Notes: generated by a model not told the origin, from the letters alone. 63,626 bases of DNA, filler included, from Nemertoderma westbladi (GCA_032718475.1; 4 parts of 4 records of this genome joined end to end with filler, not necessarily neighbours in it); one strand, 5' to 3'; counted from the whole stretch's first letter, positions 1 to 13,144 are shown. Numbers and translations are program-made.

Positions 1-3000
1 GTATTAAGTGTTTGTTTGGTTCAGTTGTAAGGGCTTCGTTTCATTAATGAGGTATCACAATATCACTTTTATTTTATGCCGGCGGCCCCCTTATTCTTTT
101 ACGGTACCGTTCGTAGCTACTATGTATACGTTTTGAACGTTTTCCTTACATTATTGCCTTTAAAGTGACGCCTTATGTTATTGTTTGACAGTTTGTAACA
201 TTTTGTAGTTTCTCTTTTGATACAAATACACTTTGGTATATCTGGTGTTGTCATTTACTTATGTCGTTCTATAAATAGTACATTATTATGCAATTTCTTA
301 TCTAAAATAACTCTTTGTTACATAGGAGGAAAATCAAATAGGCTGTTTTCCTTTTAACCCCGGGATTGGCCAGGATGTATAATTTGCTGGGCGATGTTAA
401 TAAAATTGTAAGGGGTCGTAAGGGGAAAGGGCTATATTGTAAATGCTATAGTAACGGTGGATACGTGGTGGTGTGTCTGATAGTACAAGTAATACCAGAA
501 AGGCAACAAATTAATGTTTCTTATAAGTTATTAGATAGCAGAGGTTTTAGGGAAATAAGTTTTACCGTTGTTTCACATGTATTCATATGTTTAGAAAAAA
601 AGTAATGATTATATCTAAAACAACAAGTTATATGAATCGGGTACAGAATCAGTTGTTTTGTGTTTTAAATCATATTCTTTCATGCATCGATGCATCAATA
701 TTCACTGGCCATGTTGTAGTTTTAGTATTTATCGTAAAGGTTAGCGTCTCATCTGTAAGAAATTATATTCTACGTACATCAAATAATCAAATATATCGAA
801 ATATAACATATATATTTCAGCAATATGTTGAGCGAAGCAAACAAGTTATAGTATTTAATGGTGAAATTAATCACTTTTCTGATTTTCACCAAAATAAAAA
901 ATTTTCACGAAATTGTGTGTGTAGTAAGCAATGAGTAAATTAACTGTAAGTAAATATTGCATTTGGGTTAAAGTTATTATTAATATTTATTTTTTTCGTA
1001 CCTTCAGACACAACCAATGCACAAACGAAGCAACCTATTACGTACCAAGTGATTCACTTAATTTCAATGTCCGGATGTTTCATTCTGCCTTTTGAATGCA
1101 ACTAAGAAAAATACGGTTATTATTAATATATATATTAGTGGACAAACTGAATATATAATGTAATTTGTTCTAAACCGGTCCCGTATTTTATTCAACAAAA
1201 TTATAAAATAATTATTTATTTGTTTTAGTAGTGAATTATAATAATTATCACAAACAATGAATTCGTTATATAACAATGGATTGTGTATTATATTAATGTC
1301 AATTAATTATAATTAATTTGAAAGTGTTTTATTTAAATATTCCCTCCTTACGTAATATTTATATCTAAAATAAGGCCTTGTTGTATTTGGCAAACGTATA
1401 TAAGTGAGACTCAAATGTCATTTAATTGCGTTGTAATTTGTTGTTGCTGTAATGTAATGTAATGTAATGTCGTGCTTTAATTTATTATACGGAATAATTT
1501 TTGAATATAAATATAAAATATATTTGTGTAGTAGTATAGGTCTATCTATATATTGAAATGTATAACGATATCATTTGGCTCTAGAATCAACTATTATTTT
1601 CAATTTATATTCGGGTTGGCCACATTTCGTGTATAGGGTAACTTCAACCAAAGTATTTATCGAATAATCGTGGTAATATACTCATATGTACTCATACTCA
1701 TATGTACTCACGTATCAATATCCATTAGTTTGGATATAAGCCTAGCTCGGACACCCCCCCCCCCCCCCCCCCCTGATCATCCAATTAGCAACGACCTCAG
1801 TAATAGACCTCAGTAATAATTTACAGCCCCCAACAAGTTTAAAAGAGGAGAGTGGTGGTCCCCGGTGTTTGGCCGTTGACATTCGTGAAACGTCTGCTGA
1901 AGATCTTGATGGTGCAGTTGAACTGGGGTGTTACCTGGCTGATCGACAGCTGTGGAGCTGTTGCGAGTAGGGAGCAGATTGACTGCCAACGGGGCCGTAC
2001 CCCCGGAGAAATAAAGTGGAAAAATAATCGTAGGGCCTACAGTACTGGGCAGGTAATGTCAGGAGTTAATGAACATGGCCGGAATAATTAAAGTTTACGT
2101 CCAAAATAATAATTTTGATACTGCAAATACAAAATTTCGGATAAAAATATTGGAATGGAATTAATTGATCACCATATATTTGGGTGGAGGCTGATAGGCT
2201 AGGGTGCCAGTGCCAGGTTTTCATGATTTGTGCACGTTTTTTAAGAAATTAATACAATGTTTTTTGGTATTTTTGGTTCAATATTATACTGTAGTGTAAC
2301 TTGATAACGACCATATTGTCATACTGGTGGGGTGGTCGTCTATTGAGTAATTATAAAAATGAAAATACTATTTTCGTCTTGGAAAAATACATATCTCCGG
2401 CTGGTTCAATAGAAGTTTCGACAGGGACGTCTGGTCATGTAGAGTGCTCGCAGTGAGAGATTATGTGAGTAATACAATCCCCCAGCAATAGTACTGCAAC
2501 AGTCCAACCGTATTGACTAATGTGCTAAACATTTTGATGTATTTTAAATCTCCCTACCAACTTATCGCCGTAAACTCAGCCTATCGGGACTTTGGGAATA
2601 GACATAGGGCTTTAGCTAAACAAATCAATACGTTGACTTGTGTTGAATAGTAGACTGCAGGAATGATGGCTGATCATTGGAATTAGGTACATAATATTGA
2701 GTTATTTTGGATACAATATTGATCTCCATCGGGTGCCTGAATAAAAGGCAAACACGGTAAACAAACAGTTGTAGGAGGATTACATAGAAAGGTGACGGAT
2801 TATGTAATGAACGAATGTTGTTTGCCAACATCGCGGCGACATCACACTGTCTGCGACACTCGCCTTTCCATCTATTCGCATTATTAGTCACCTGCCCGTG
2901 ATGGTGTAATTATTTATTGTTGGCAATTACTTGTATATCAAAATAAAATTGGTTGCCCAGGTAGTTTGCATTACAAATTCATTATTCTAATAATGTGTAT

Positions 3001-3621
3001 ACTAATAACTAACAAGATAATGCCTGATATAATATGAGTCATCATTAGCTTATAACAAGATACAACTTCGTGGTAGTAATGAGTCATAATAGCAGTAGAA
3101 ACTTGTGCTCGGAAACTTGTGCTGTATTCAGAAAGAATATTGCGCAGTTATCTTTGTTGGGGAAATAGGTCTATTGTGGTGTAGAGGTGCACGTTATAAA
3201 TTATAATATACCTTATTTGGTAATATTAGCTCCACTCTGCCTTCTGAGTTCGTCGAAAATATCAAAATTCCTGGAAAGTCCAATTATAGTCCACAGCTGA
3301 TGGCCAAGTTTATTTATAGGTAGGCCTAATCTACAGATCCGTATGGCCACATTAATTTAAGTCTACCTTTCTGTATGTCCCAGAACTTGTATAACGAAAT
3401 AATGTCTGAATTCATGTTACTACCCCGCCCCCCCCCCTTCCCTCCCTGTTGGTAAATAGTTGAGATACTTGTACTTGCCAAATGCTTAGCTGGCTCTAGA
3501 ACCTACCAACTAAACTCCCTCACAAGTTGTCAATACAATAAAAAAAACCCTCAAGTCATCACAAATTACCCGGAAAAAGAAAAACGCTCAAACCTAAAAC
3601 CCATAAAGAACTCTTCCAACA

Positions 3622-6600
3622 TATTAACTAGCAAAACGTGCTACAGAAGCACCAGTACCAAGCCACATAATTTATTAATATCATTAACTAGCAAATCGTG
3701 CTACAGAAGCACCAGTACCAAGCCACAGAGTTTATTAATATCATTAACTAGCAAAACGTGCTACAGAAGCACCAGTACCAAGCCACAGAGTTTATTAATA
3801 TCATTAACTAGCAAAACGTGCTACAGAAGCACCAGTACCAAGCCACAGAGTTTATTAATATCATTAACTAGCAAAACGTGCTACAGAAGCACCAGTACCA
3901 AGCCACAGAGTTTATTAATATCATTAACTAGCAAAACGTGCTACAGAAGCACCAGTACCAAGCCACAGAGTTTATTAATATCATTAACTAGCAAAACGTG
4001 CTACAGAAGCACCAGTACCAAGCCACAGAGTTTATTAATATCATTAACTAGCAAAACGTGCTACAGAAGCACCAGTACCAAGCCACAGAGTTTATTAATA
4101 TCATTAACTAGCAAAACGTGCTACAGAAGCACCAGTACCAAGCCACAGAGTTTATTAATATCATTAACTAGCAAAACGTGCTACAGAAGCACCAGTACCA
4201 AGCCCCAGAATTTATTAATATCATTAACTAGCAAAACGTGCTACAGAAGCACCAGTACCAAGCCACAGAGTTTATTAATATCATTAACTAGCAAAACGTG
4301 CCACAGAAGCACCAGTACCAAGCCACAGAGTTTATTAATATCATTAACTAGCAAAACGTGCTACAGAAGCACCAGTACCAAGCCACAGAGTTTATTAATA
4401 TCATTAGCTAGCAAAACGTGCTACAGAAGCACCAGTACCAAGCCCCAGAATTTATTAATATCATTAACTAGCAAATCGTGCTACAGAAGCACCAGTACCA
4501 AGCCCCAGAATTTATTAATATCATTAACTAGCAAATCGTGCTACAGAAGCACCAGTACCAAGCCACAGAATTTATTAATATCATTAACTAGCAAAACGTG
4601 CTACAGAAGCACCAGTACCAAGCCACAGAGTTTATTAATATCATTAACTAGCAAAACGTGCTACAGAAGCACCAGTACCAAGCCACAGAATTTATTAATA
4701 TCATTAACTAGCAAATCGTGCTACAGAAGCACCAGTACCAAGCCACAGAATTTATTAATATCATTAACTAGCAAAACGTGCTACAGAAGCACCAGTACCA
4801 AGCCACAGAATTTATTAATATCATTAACTAGCAAATCGTGCTACAGAAGCACCAGTACCAAGCCACAGAATTTATTAATATCATTAACTAGCAAAACGTG
4901 CTACAGAAGCACCAGTACCAAGCCCCAGAATTTATTAATATCATTAACTAGCAAAACGTGCTACAGAAGCACCAGTACCAAGCCACAGAGTTTATTAATA
5001 TCATTAACTAGCAAAACGTGCTACAGAAGCACCAGTACCAAGCCCCAGAATTTATTAATATCATTAACTAGAAAACGTGCTACAGAAGCACCAGTACCAA
5101 GCCACAGAGTTTATTAATATCATTAACTAGCAAAACGTGCTACAGAAGCACCAGTACCAAGCCCCAGAATTTATTAATATCATTAACTAGCAAAACGTGC
5201 TACAGAAGCACCAGTACCAAGCCACAGAGTTTATTAATATCATTAACTAGCAAAACGTGCTACAGAAGCACCAGTACCAAGCCACAGAGTTTATTAATAT
5301 CATTAACTAGCAAAACGTGCTACAGAAGCACCAGTACCAAGCCACAGAGTTTATTAATATCATTAACTAGCAAAACGTGCTACAGTAGCACCAGTACCAA
5401 GCCACAGAGTTTATTAATATCATTAACTAGCAAAACGTGCTACAGAAGCACCAGTACCAAGCCACAGAGTTTATTAATATAATTAACTAGCAAAACGTGC
5501 TACAGAAGCACCAGTACCAAGCCCCAGAATTTATTAATATCATTAACTAGCAAAACGTGCTACAGAAGCACCAGTACCAAGCCACAGAATTTATTAATAT
5601 CATTAACTAGCAAATCGTGCTACAGAAGCACCAGTACCAAGCCACAGAGTTTATTAATATCATTAACTAGCAAAACGTGCTACAGAAGCACCAGTACCAA
5701 GCCCCAGAATTTATTAATATCATTAACTAGCAAAACGTGCTACAGAAGCACCAGTACCAAGCCACAGAGTTTATTAATATCATTAACTAGCAAAACGTGC
5801 TACAGAAGCACCAGTACCAAGCCCCAGAATTTATTAATATCATTAACTAGCAAAACGTGCTACAGAAGCACCAGTACCAAGCCACAGAGTTTATTAATAT
5901 CATTAACTAGCAAAACGTGCTACAGAAGCACCAGTACCAAGCCACAGAGTTTATTAATATCATTAACTAGCAAAACGTGCTACAGAAGCACCAGTACCAA
6001 GCCCCAGAATTTATTAATATCATTAACTAGCAAAACGTGCTACAGAAGCACCAGTACCAAGCCACAGAGTTTATTAATATCATTAACTAGCAAAACGTGC
6101 TACAGAAGCACCAGTACCAAGCCACAGAGTTTATTAATATCATTAACTAGCAAAACGTGCTACAGAAGCACCAGTACCAAGCCACAGAGTTTATTAATAT
6201 CATTAACTAGCAAAACGTGCTACAGAAGCACCAGTACCAAGCCACAGAGTTTATTAATATCATTAACTAGCAAAACGTGCTACAGTAGCACCAGTACCAA
6301 GCCACAGAGTTTATTAATATCATTAACTAGCAAAACGTGCTACAGAAGCACCAGTACCAAGCCACAGAGTTTATTAATATCATTAACTAGCAAAACGTGC
6401 TACAGAAGCACCAGTACCAAGCCCCAGAATTTATTAATATCATTAACTAGCAAAACGTGCTACAGAAGCACCAGTACCAAGCCACAGAGTTTATTAATAT
6501 CATTAACTAGCAAAACGTGCTACAGAAGCACCAGTACCAAGCCACATAATTTATTAATATCATTAACTAGCAAATCGTGCTACAGAAGCACCAGTACCAA

Positions 6601-6643
6601 GCCCCAGAATTTATTAATATCATTAACTAGCAAAACGTGCTAT
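3622..6643. repeat. Tandem satellite/minisatellite, 60-bp unit, ~50 copies
   Basis: Unit TCATTAACTAGCAAAACGTGCTACAGAAGCACCAGTACCAAGCCACAGAGTTTATTAATA repeats line after line with few variant sites; no ORF of 60 aa or more in the track. Confidence 0.98.
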
Positions 6644-7040
6644 AGATCCAAGTTCCAAGATCCTAAGTCGTCCACTAACATATACTAATTTAATTAACTA
6701 AAAGTACTAGGCCTACTTTACTTTTAATTCGTCGACAAAATGTCAGACAGTCGACTGAGTATTTTTCTTGCAATAATTCATTATAATATTATCAGAGTTA
6801 GTGCGTCCTCGGACAATTGTACTGTAGTACTGCACCTTGTTTTTTTTATTACACACTGTCTCCAGTAAAGTTAAACAAATTAAACATAGTCAATCAAAAG
6901 TAGGTTATTTATTAACAATCAAAAGCTGTTGCTTAATCCTCATTCCTTGAAGACTTTACCGCAAAACCAAATAGTATAAATGCTTCCATGTCTACCTGAG
7001 GTTAATACATTTTTTCATCAAAAAGGTCCAAACTGACTGA

Positions 7041-7123
7041 CCCCCGGTTTGGAAGTCTGACCCTCTTACCATTACCTGAACCGCTAGCTGATTGGTTGGA
7101 GCGTCAGAGTTCCAACCCGGGGG
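7041..7123. repeat. 21-bp imperfect inverted repeat around a CCAAT-containing spacer
   Basis: CCCCCGGTTTGGAAGTCTGAC (7041-7061) pairs with GTCAGAGTTCCAACCCGGGGG (7103-7123), 2 mismatches. Confidence 0.7.
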
Positions 7124-9232
7124 ACACCAGTTGGATCCCATCTGGACGTCATTGGGGCAACAAAACGTTGTAATAAGTTCGTCAGACATACGTGGTAGTC
7201 AGTAATAAAGCACATAGGGGCCGGGCCTATTGTATTTTGGACTGGCAGATACGTTTTGGTTAACTAATAGTTTATTTTATATACATTTAATCATATCAAA
7301 TTTCTTATGTGATTTTTCATGTAATTATATTTGAAATTTAAATTTAATGATTTAATTTATTACTATTTAATAATTTGTTTAATTATAATTATATTGTATC
7401 CATTAAAAAATGTCTTACTCTAGAACATTAATAATTCTAGAACAAAATGATCAACTTGACTAGGGTGGCTGCAAGCCCTGTCGGTTTCTATCATCAATTT
7501 AGTGATATAAAGTATTATAATAGTGAGCGAAAGCAGTACTTTCTTGCACTTTACATAGTTTATTACCAATATTAGATTGAAAAGGTTTATTTTTCAGATA
7601 TACTGTACTGTAGTAGTATAACTAACTATATGTAATTGTTTTTGTATTGAGAGTCAAAAATAGTAAATTCAACTTGTAAAATTTCCCCGTGACTGATTTA
7701 TTGTAAAGTTTAAAAAAAGTATAAATAATGTTTAAGTTGGTTTTTGGTGTGTTTAAGGCACACCAAATTTTTTTTAAATTACTGAATTTTTCATAAAACA
7801 TATCAAATGATGCAAAATTTGACGTAAATTCAAAAAATCTATGTCCCATTGCCTGAATCTCAAGCAATCATGTCCCTTTTTCTGTGAAATTTTTCAAGGC
7901 GGAAATTGTCCCAAAAGTCCGCATTTGTCGTATGTGCCCAGATGCCAGATTAATGCTTATAAGTTTTGATTGGATTTTATTCAGGTCATTTGCTATCGGT
8001 TTTCGGAATCTGCATTTTAAATTCTGTTCTAGAAGGGTAAATTTTGAAAATGAAATAAGAAAAAAAATTATTTCAAAATTTGGGCAAAAATTTGAAAAAT
8101 ATCGGACCGCCTTGAAAAAATTTCACAGAGAAATGGACATAACAATGAATGTTGGGCGCAAACTAATCAACGCGCAAAATAGCGCTCACTTCCCCACCCT
8201 CAAATGTCCCAAAACTTGTAGCCCATAAATTTACCATGTAGCCGCGTTGTTAATGGAAAAGGCGTCCTGGTTGCTGCGCCGCATACAGTAGCAAACATAC
8301 TACAACCACATTAGTTAGATTACCGGTCACGCGCGCGGTCGGTACTTACGACAGAGTGCGGAGGAGGGGTGGGGGGGGGGGGGGGGGGGGGGCAGGAAAT
8401 TCGAGAAAACGAGCAAGGGACTCGAAAAAAAAGATTCGATAAAAAAAAGTAAGCGGAAAACACTCGCTTATTTCAATGATTTCCAATTTAGCGCAATTCA
8501 ACTATTCTCACCGAGTGAATGGTTGAGTTTAATACGAGTTGGCAAATTAATAGACTTGGTTGCTGGCTAGATGCCAACGAGAAACTCATTACACGAGTGC
8601 ATATTATAGGGCAATTTTATGAATTTCGCTAAAAAAAAGTGGAAAAATAATGTTTTTCGTCACTTTATTTATTATTGTTAAAAAAGTAAAAAATAGTTAA
8701 AAAAATATATTTTTTAAACTACAAACGGACAAATTAGGTTGGTACAGTTATTGATTTGTACTGTATATTCAGCGGATGTGGAGATAATGATAATGCAGCA
8801 ATGGTAGGCCTAATGATTTTATACTAGCCCTACTACTATGCCTACTGTATTTATCTTAACACTTTCTTTACTTTTATTGCACTTTTATTGTCCGCTATGC
8901 ACTTATACTAATCTGCGCGCGATGCTTTGCGGTTTTTGCATCCTATTTGCAGCCCAATGTAATGTAATGTAACATAGGCCTACCGGTACAGTACGAACTG
9001 TGTTGTCATTGCACACTGACAGACTGGTCTCCAAACACTGAAACTGCCTGACGGAAGAACGGCTAGACTGCCACGCCACATCACTGTTCCTGCGCTGTCC
9101 TGTTCCTGTGCTCTGTTGCTGAGGCATGCAGTCACTGTCACATGTGTGTGTCAATAATATATCATTGTCGATAACATAACATAACATCATAGGCTAATTT
9201 AACGAGTTCATCCAGTCATCATTCCTGATTCC

Positions 9233-11476
9233 ATGGCGTCTTTTGTATCCGAAGTGCTTGCTAGCACCGGCACCGGTAAACACCAGCACCAACTCAACAA
9301 TAAGATTGAATTAATAACCCAACGGCTGGAGACATTAAAACAAGATGTTTATGAGGCTATCCACTCTAGGTACACATCATTCTCAACACACATAAACAAA
9401 ACGTTTGTTTTATATTCCCAAGTAACGAGTGTTTCCAACGATATCGAATCATTGAGTAAGCAGGTCTCCACTGAACTGAAACCGGGTGTTACCGAGACCA
9501 GCTTCGAGCTTTCAAGCATCCAGGAACAGTTGCGACAGCTCGAGGTTATTCGAGATGTTCTCGAGGCAATGTTTGGCGTCCACGAGGCGGTTTCCGAGAT
9601 GAAAATCGCCATCGAGGATAAAAAGTTCAGTTTAGCAACGGAAAAGTTTCTATTCGTTAAAGATAAGTTGACTGATATCGATTCGGATGGTCTTTGCGAT
9701 AGTAAGGTTATGCAGAGCCTGAAACGGGAGTGGAGAACCCAAAACGAATCTCTGATATACCATTTGGAGCAGGAGTGGGAGTATTACGTCGACTGGTCGT
9801 TTGTCTCACAAAGCGGAGATTCAAACAAACTAATTGTAACGAGTTTAAGCATCAAAGAATCGATAAACCAACCAGATATACTTAAAGAATTAATCGGCAA
9901 TATGTTTAACGTTGGAATATTAGCTCGTTATATAAAGGAGCTCAGCAATAAACTTAAGATTAACTTTATAATCCCGTTGATTCGTACGACTAAAGTCGAT
10001 GTTGATATTTCACGTTGCGATTGTATAACTATTTCCCACTCAGCGGATTCACCCGTAGACCCATCGACGGATTCACCCGTAGACCCATCGACGGGATCAC
10101 CCGTAGACCCGCTGGCACTCAGCCAGCGACTATGCGAACTCATTGGGTTCCTTGACTCGAACCTACTCCGTATTACCTCCCCTAACGGGCCGCTCATTGG
10201 CGAGCTAATAGGCGGCTGTATCGGAGATGAACTCCTATCTCTTATAGTCGCGGATTGCCTCCAACCATCGGTTCCTACGAACCCGGAACAATTAACCGCA
10301 TACCAAACCGTCACAGAAGCCGTACAACGCCTCGAAGCGACACTGTTGCGAACCGGTTTAGTTACCACGTCGACTCTAACCGAATTCACCGCCGGAATCT
10401 CGACTCGTTACTCCCGTAGACGCTACGAGGACCGATTAGCCGCCGCTCGAAAACTAATATGCGAGGATCTCCACATAACCTCGGACGTTAAACCGGAAGA
10501 TGGACTGATAGAATCGGAAGATTCCAACGGAATAGATGTTTCTACCATAACGTTGAAGACGGTTAATAACTTACCGTCTCTTTCGCTCCCCGAATGTCGT
10601 GTTTCCTCGTCAGTAATTCGATTAATCGAGTTAATTCAATCGATTCTCGAAGCCAATGATTCTCCCGACTTGCATCTAGTGACTCGAGACATCGTCGAGT
10701 TGTACTTGGCTATATCGTCGGCGGTACATCGGCAGTCGTTGTTGGAACTTCCGCAATCGGCCGCGCTCCACCACAACAACTGCCTCTACACGGCCCACCA
10801 ACTGGTCCTTCTCGCCCACCGATACCGACACCTCAACCCTCGTCCCGTCTACATCGATCTGATCCCGTTGCTGCGCGAATCCGGACGTGTCGCCTTGGTG
10901 ACGCAACTCTCCAGTCAGAAGAGTCAACTCCTTGAACTCCTCGGCGATATCGATTGGGTCAGCCTCGGCGATGTCAACGTCGGCGGCAACCTCTCCAGCG
11001 CCGACGCCGCCGATAAGGCCGTCCACAAGGTCCTCTTTCTCTTGGGGCGGGTCGGGAAAGTTTGGCACAAAGTCTTGCCTCGGAATATCTACGAGAAAGC
11101 GATGGGGACGTTGATAAACACGGCGGTCGGGTATATCGTAGACTCCGTAGTCAGTTTGGACGACATATCCGCCGACAGCGCGACTCGGCTGAGTTCCTTA
11201 TTGGCGAGTCTCGAAGAGAAAGCCCCGGCGAGCATCGCAGACACCGAGGTCGGTGTTGTTCAGGGGGTTGTCGCTAACTGGACCAGGATGATACTGCTGA
11301 TTACGGTGTTGCAGAATGGTTTGCAGGATATATTGGACCAATGGGCTGATGGTAAGGGTGTATTGGCTCAGTGTTACACCGACTGTGAGGTCAGGGGGTT
11401 GATTAGGGCATTGTTCCAGAATACAGAGAGAAGGGCTGCGGCCATTGCTAGGATACGGGATACCAGTAGTTTGTAG
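9233..11476 (+). CDS. ZW10: Centromere/kinetochore protein ZW10 homolog (RZZ / NRZ complex), 747 aa, uninterrupted ORF
   Basis: N-terminal coiled-coil region; LPQSAALHHNNCLYTAHQL and C-terminal WADGKGVLA...EVRGLIRALFQNTERRAAAIARI match hallmark ZW10 motifs; length is typical of ZW10. Confidence 0.95.
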   Translation: MASFVSEVLASTGTGKHQHQLNNKIELITQRLETLKQDVYEAIHSRYTSFSTHINKTFVLYSQVTSVSNDIESLSKQVSTELKPGVTETSFELSSIQEQLRQLEVIRDVLEAMFGVHEAVSEMKIAIEDKKFSLATEKFLFVKDKLTDIDSDGLCDSKVMQSLKREWRTQNESLIYHLEQEWEYYVDWSFVSQSGDSNKLIVTSLSIKESINQPDILKELIGNMFNVGILARYIKELSNKLKINFIIPLIRTTKVDVDISRCDCITISHSADSPVDPSTDSPVDPSTGSPVDPLALSQRLCELIGFLDSNLLRITSPNGPLIGELIGGCIGDELLSLIVADCLQPSVPTNPEQLTAYQTVTEAVQRLEATLLRTGLVTTSTLTEFTAGISTRYSRRRYEDRLAAARKLICEDLHITSDVKPEDGLIESEDSNGIDVSTITLKTVNNLPSLSLPECRVSSSVIRLIELIQSILEANDSPDLHLVTRDIVELYLAISSAVHRQSLLELPQSAALHHNNCLYTAHQLVLLAHRYRHLNPRPVYIDLIPLLRESGRVALVTQLSSQKSQLLELLGDIDWVSLGDVNVGGNLSSADAADKAVHKVLFLLGRVGKVWHKVLPRNIYEKAMGTLINTAVGYIVDSVVSLDDISADSATRLSSLLASLEEKAPASIADTEVGVVQGVVANWTRMILLITVLQNGLQDILDQWADGKGVLAQCYTDCEVRGLIRALFQNTERRAAAIARIRDTSSL
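10044..10110 (+). repeat. In-frame 24-bp tandem repeat (~3 copies) in ZW10, encoding DSPVDPST repeats
   Basis: CGGATTCACCCGTAGACCCATCGA x2 plus a variant third copy; protein reads DSPVDPSTDSPVDPSTGSPVDP. Confidence 0.92.
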
Positions 11477-11741
11477 TTACCTTTATTTATTGTGCTGGGA
11501 GTGCAAGTAAGGACTGTGGTTTTTCAACCAGCAATTATTGTAATTATTTTCATTTAAATGCGACTTGCAGGTGATATTTCCCCGTATCACAATACTTGAA
11601 TGTTTGATGGTTGTATTAATATTCTGTTTCATGCATTCTCTACAATTTCTTTAAACTCGTTAAATATCTAATCAGAAATTATGTAATCGCAATTATTTGC
11701 AATGTTGTACCGTATTGTGTATTGTGTTGTACCAATGCTTA

Positions 11742-12219
11742 CCGTATTTACTCGAATTACCCCCCCCCCCCCCGCCCCAAATAAACGCCCCCTCTAATTA
11801 ACGCCCCCCTTACCATCAAATTAGCAACTTAAACGCCTTCCTCGAATAAACGCCCCGGCGTCTAATAATATTACAATGTGGGAGGTTAACATTAAGAGTT
11901 CACTGATTGTTAAGACTGAAGGTAAATGTAGTCGGGTGTTGTACCGCGGTAATAGGCTGCATTGTAATAAAGATAATCCTGGTTTTATTTGAATTATTTC
12001 ATTTGTTTAACTTGTTTTCTTGAAATTAACAACATTCTTTATTAGGGTATTTAAATTCCAGATGCTGAAACTCTAGAACATAAACATAAATGCCCCCCAC
12101 TCATACCTCACAATTTGGAACTTAAACGCCTTCCCAGAATAAACGACCCCTCGAATAAACGCCCCCCCAATTGGCAATTTCTAAACTTAACGCCCAGACT
12201 CTTATTCGAATAAATACCG
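11742..12219. mobile_element. Non-autonomous Tc1/mariner-pogo-like MITE
   Basis: TA|CCGTATTTACTCGAAT at left and ATTCGAATAAATACCG|TA at right (imperfect TIR, TA flanks); repeated TAAACGCCCC subterminal motifs at both ends. Confidence 0.75.
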
Positions 12220-12751
12220 TAATTAAAAACTAAATTACGATATCCAACTCTAGTTAGAATTTTGTTTCTATTATATCCGCTGCTGCCAAGGATCTCCTTG
12301 AAATGTCACTGATTCGATAAATAGGCTACCAATTAAAGTCATCCCAAAATTGATGAAAATTTTACTAAAAAAATTATTTTACACCATATTAAATAAAGTC
12401 ACCCCAAATAAAATTATTCAACACCAAAACAAATCATTCAATACCAAAATAAATGACAAAACCCCCAAAATAATTACAAATTTTCCTAAAACAAATACAT
12501 TTTCGTCCAAAAGAAATACATTTTCGTCCAAACCCCCAAAACAAATACCGGTACATTATCCCCCAAAATATAAATACATTATCCCCCAAAATATAAATAC
12601 ATTATCCCCCAAAATATAAATACATTTTCATCCAAAACAAATACATTGTTGCCCAAAATAAATACATAATCCCCCAAAATAAATACTACTGCAGCAATAA
12701 GCCTAGCACTTCCTGGAATTTAGATAAAAACTTCGAGACAGGAGGGAAACT

Positions 12752-12928
12752 ATACGCAAAACCCGCCTTGGCGAATTAATATCCCGCCTCAATGTTAAAT
12801 TCTCAGTTTAGGGAAAAATTTACGGAAAGGAGCAGGTTACAGTGGCACGTTATTTTAACAAAAACAATAAACTAAGCCAATAGAACAGGTTACAGTTTTA
12901 TTTTTGAGAGTAATCAGCTGTTATTTGG
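12752..12928 (+). repeat. Dispersed repeat segment, inverted copy at ~61097-61257
   Basis: ACGCAAAACCCGCCTTGGCGAATTAATATCC...GCAGGTTACAGTGGCACGTTATTTTAAC...TTTTTGAGA.TAATCA.CTGTTATTTG matches the reverse complement of ~61097-61257. Confidence 0.85.
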
Positions 12929-13144
12929 GTCGAATTTCCCCTGGAAAGGGATGAATTTTATTTGCGTGCGTCCCCCCCCCCCCCCCCCCTTTCTGAAAAC
13001 TTCAGTACTGCCGTATTACTGAAACCTAATAACAGAATAAGTAATAGGCCATAGGCAATAGGCCTATCGGTACGAATACTGTAACTGAAGCATGGCAACT
13101 AACCAAAGCGTAAAAACATTTGGTGCTGGAATAATTTTTTTAGG

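Noticed and set aside
1-3600. Short ORFs and a possible decayed minus-strand retroelement or exons
   Set aside because: No diagnostic protein motif could be read; tBLASTx/HMM search would be needed
7415-7445. Recurrent (C/T)TCTAGAA motifs as heat-shock elements
   Set aside because: Mostly only two nGAAn units and expected by chance in AT-rich DNA
9349-11277. Antisense and alternate-frame ORFs within ZW10
   Set aside because: Shadow ORFs of a GC-richer coding region with no recognisable motifs; likewise for ORFs antisense to the LINEs and the transposase
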